Source of the DNA: Monocercomonoides exilis PA203
Taxonomy: Eukaryota > Protista > Preaxostyla
DNA length: 64,000 nucleotides
Direction: 5' to 3'
Assembly: GCA_001643675.2 (NCBI GenBank)
Contig: LSRY02000038.1
Span: forward strand, 620,001-684,000
A program made the position numbers and the translations under genes. Shown here piece by piece: positions 61,868 through 64,000 of this stretch; the stretch's first letter is position 1; each line of letters begins with the position of its first letter. The notes under the pieces are model-generated. The model ran no database searches. It worked only from the letters and a program-made list of their open reading frames with translations, and was not told the origin of the DNA.

Positions 61868-61982
61868 AAAAAGAAAAAAGAAAAAGAAAAAGAAAAAGAA
61901 AAGAAGAAAAGAAGAAAAGAAGAAAAGAAGAAAAGAAGAAAAGAAGAAAAGAAGAAAAGAAGAAAAGAAGAAAAGAAGAAAA
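61868..61982. repeat. (GAAAAA)n/(AAGAAAAG)n microsatellite downstream of the last gene
   Basis: Directly visible. Confidence 0.9.
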
Positions 61983-62009
61983 TAAAGCCCACATCCATCC
62001 AAATCACAC

Positions 62010-64000
62010 CTACACCAGCCCCGTTTTCCGCATAGCATTATACACTTGCCTCACATACATATTGTTCGAAGTCATTCCCCACGCTGCCAGTTCATCAATC
62101 CACCCACTCTCCTCCAAATCACACCTCAGCATGTTCCACGTTTCGGCAGGACTGTTAAACATCCACAACTCTCGTTTCATATAAAATTGCGCTTCTTTTT
62201 CTCCTTCACTAAAATTGCCTTCTTCCTCGTCATCCTTCTTGTTATTCACTCTACTCCATCTATTTTGGCCTTTCGTGCTGGTTATCGCAAACTTCCTCCT
62301 TTTCTGCTTTCTCTCGCCAATGTGTTCAGCATCGTAGTACTCAGTGTTGCTTCTCCTGTACATTTCGCAATTTGACACAAACGTAATCAAAACAGACAGA
62401 AGATTTGCAAAGTCATTCGTCATCTTCGATAACGAAAGCATCCTGCCATAGTCATAAACAGACGCTGGGGTGTATTGCTGTAACATAACAGTTGTGAATG
62501 GATTGTTTCTCTCTTCGGAATAAATTTCCTCTTCCTCTTCTTCTTCATAGCTCTTGCTACGCTTGTTCATCAAACGAGAAGAAAATGAATTCTCGCCGCT
62601 TTTAATCAAATAATTAGGATTTACTTCCGTTCCATCATTCTTTTCCTCCGCTTGTATATCTTCCGTTTCATTCTTTTCTTTTCCGTTTTTCTCTTTCATC
62701 ATTTCAAGAAACATCAATCTTTCCTCCTCTTCCTCTTCCTCTTCATCTCCCTCATATCTTTTTCTTCCACCTCCTTTACCACCTTCTTCTCCAACGGCAC
62801 ATCCATCCTCAAACACCACCCCTTCTTCTATTCGTTGCAACCCTTCCTTCAGCAAAGCAACCAGTTTCTCCGCAATACATCCCACCACCCCTTTCTCCAC
62901 CAGATGGCTCACTCGATCAAACTTCCTCATTACCCCTTTTGTCTCATCGTCATTCCTCAGCTGGTTCTTATCTACACACTCAAACCACAACCCATCCACA
63001 CAAATATGCTGCGGCTGCCTATTCAAATTTGCTCTGTTTGCTCTCATAGGGTCAGGAATAGGAACAACACGCACATATTCCATTGTTGGGCAGACAATTT
63101 CACAGAAAGGAACTCCAAAGTTGCTGAGGTTGTTAACAAGCTGCTGATACTCTGGGTGGACTAATTCGGGTGCTCTGATCAAATATGTCAGAGTGGCGCA
63201 GGCATTTTGGAGAACTGTATTGTTGACGGTGAGATTCCTGCTCCTTCTTGAATAGCGACTCGGATGGGAAACTGGGCGATGCGGCAAACACGAAGAAGAA
63301 GAAGAGGAAGAGGAAGAAGACGATGATGTAGAAGACGAAGAATAAGAAAAAGATAATAAATTCCTTTCACTCGACGCGCAAGCCGAACATCCTTCTTCCC
63401 CACCACATTCCTGCTCTCCTTCCAAATGGTACATTGCATAAGGAGGCAAGCTGTCTAAGATAGACACAACATTCTCTGCAATTCCACTTCGAATGCAATC
63501 ATCGAAGAAGAAGTACCTTCGATTTACCACTCGCATATCAGTGGTGTTGTATACATGCATCAGTACTTGCGACAGAACAGCAAGGGACAAGGAAGAATTG
63601 AGGGAGTTTATCATCTTCTGGTAGAATAAGTCAGATGCTGATGGATGATGATTGGGAAGTGAATGTGCATTGTTATTGCAAAGATTAATACACAATTCTT
63701 CTTCTTCTTCTTCTACTACTACTACTTCTTCTTCTTTGCTTTTATCTTTGCATTTTTCTTTTTCTTCATTGCCTTCTTTTGATTCTTTGCAATTCTTTTT
63801 GTTTTGCCCATTCTCTCCTTCTTCTGCCACATAGTTTCTTCTCCAAACAGAAAACGGATTTGCTCCAGGCATAAATTGCCTAAACAAAGGCAAATTAAAC
63901 AACGAAAGTGTGTTTTTATGCTGTGTCAAAGCCAACAACCACTCGCTTTCTGCTCTTTGTGGAACCGATGAAAGGAAAGAACTCAGTTCAGTATAAGGAA
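62010..64000 (-). CDS. Hypothetical protein, 5'-partial (frame open to the window edge)
   Basis: 642-aa ORF whose frame stays open from 63938 to 64000. Helical segments are interspersed with poly-E and poly-S tracts, and no domain was recognised. Confidence 0.75.
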   Translation of the reverse strand, partial: PYTELSSFLSSVPQRAESEWLLALTQHKNTLSLFNLPLFRQFMPGANPFSVWRRNYVAEEGENGQNKKNCKESKEGNEEKEKCKDKSKEEEVVVVEEEEEELCINLCNNNAHSLPNHHPSASDLFYQKMINSLNSSLSLAVLSQVLMHVYNTTDMRVVNRRYFFFDDCIRSGIAENVVSILDSLPPYAMYHLEGEQECGGEEGCSACASSERNLLSFSYSSSSTSSSSSSSSSSSSCLPHRPVSHPSRYSRRSRNLTVNNTVLQNACATLTYLIRAPELVHPEYQQLVNNLSNFGVPFCEIVCPTMEYVRVVPIPDPMRANRANLNRQPQHICVDGLWFECVDKNQLRNDDETKGVMRKFDRVSHLVEKGVVGCIAEKLVALLKEGLQRIEEGVVFEDGCAVGEEGGKGGGRKRYEGDEEEEEEEERLMFLEMMKEKNGKEKNETEDIQAEEKNDGTEVNPNYLIKSGENSFSSRLMNKRSKSYEEEEEEEIYSEERNNPFTTVMLQQYTPASVYDYGRMLSLSKMTNDFANLLSVLITFVSNCEMYRRSNTEYYDAEHIGERKQKRRKFAITSTKGQNRWSRVNNKKDDEEEGNFSEGEKEAQFYMKRELWMFNSPAETWNMLRCDLEESGWIDELAAWGMTSNNMYVRQVYNAMRKTGLV

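Noticed and set aside
1-64000. tRNA, rRNA or telomeric repeats
   Set aside because: None were recognised by eye. tRNAscan-SE or Infernal would be needed to exclude divergent ones.

Overview
This is AT-rich eukaryotic (protist) genomic DNA in the standard code, with short GT-AG introns and abundant (GAA/TCT)n and (TTTTC)n tracts. The gene families and composition resemble the oxymonad Monocercomonoides; that is an inference from recalled family motifs, not a search. Positions 1-38 kb and 56-61 kb are accessory, repeat-rich sequence. They hold five members of an expanded ~470-aa alpha-helical family (three intact, two pseudogenes), several beta-helix-type surface-protein genes or relics, and a complete Merlin (ISXO2/IS1595-like) element with TIRs and an 8-bp TSD. 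They also hold two full-length pogo-like DD35D elements and a relic of a third, several TA-flanked MITEs (some nested, some chained end to end), and three ~0.8-1.1 kb palindromes. Positions 40-56 kb are an ordinary intron-containing gene block: a small unknown protein, an MLF homologue, a SPRY/B30.2-like protein and a large RNI-like LRR protein. Five observations stand out. (1) An inverted paralogue pair shares an identical ~0.72-kb core. (2) Unrelated palindromes recur just 5' of members of that family. (3) One palindrome is bracketed by a 19-bp direct repeat. (4) Four different TIR elements form a 'train' joined only by TA dinucleotides. (5) A conserved GC-rich foldable island lies inside both pogo-like elements.
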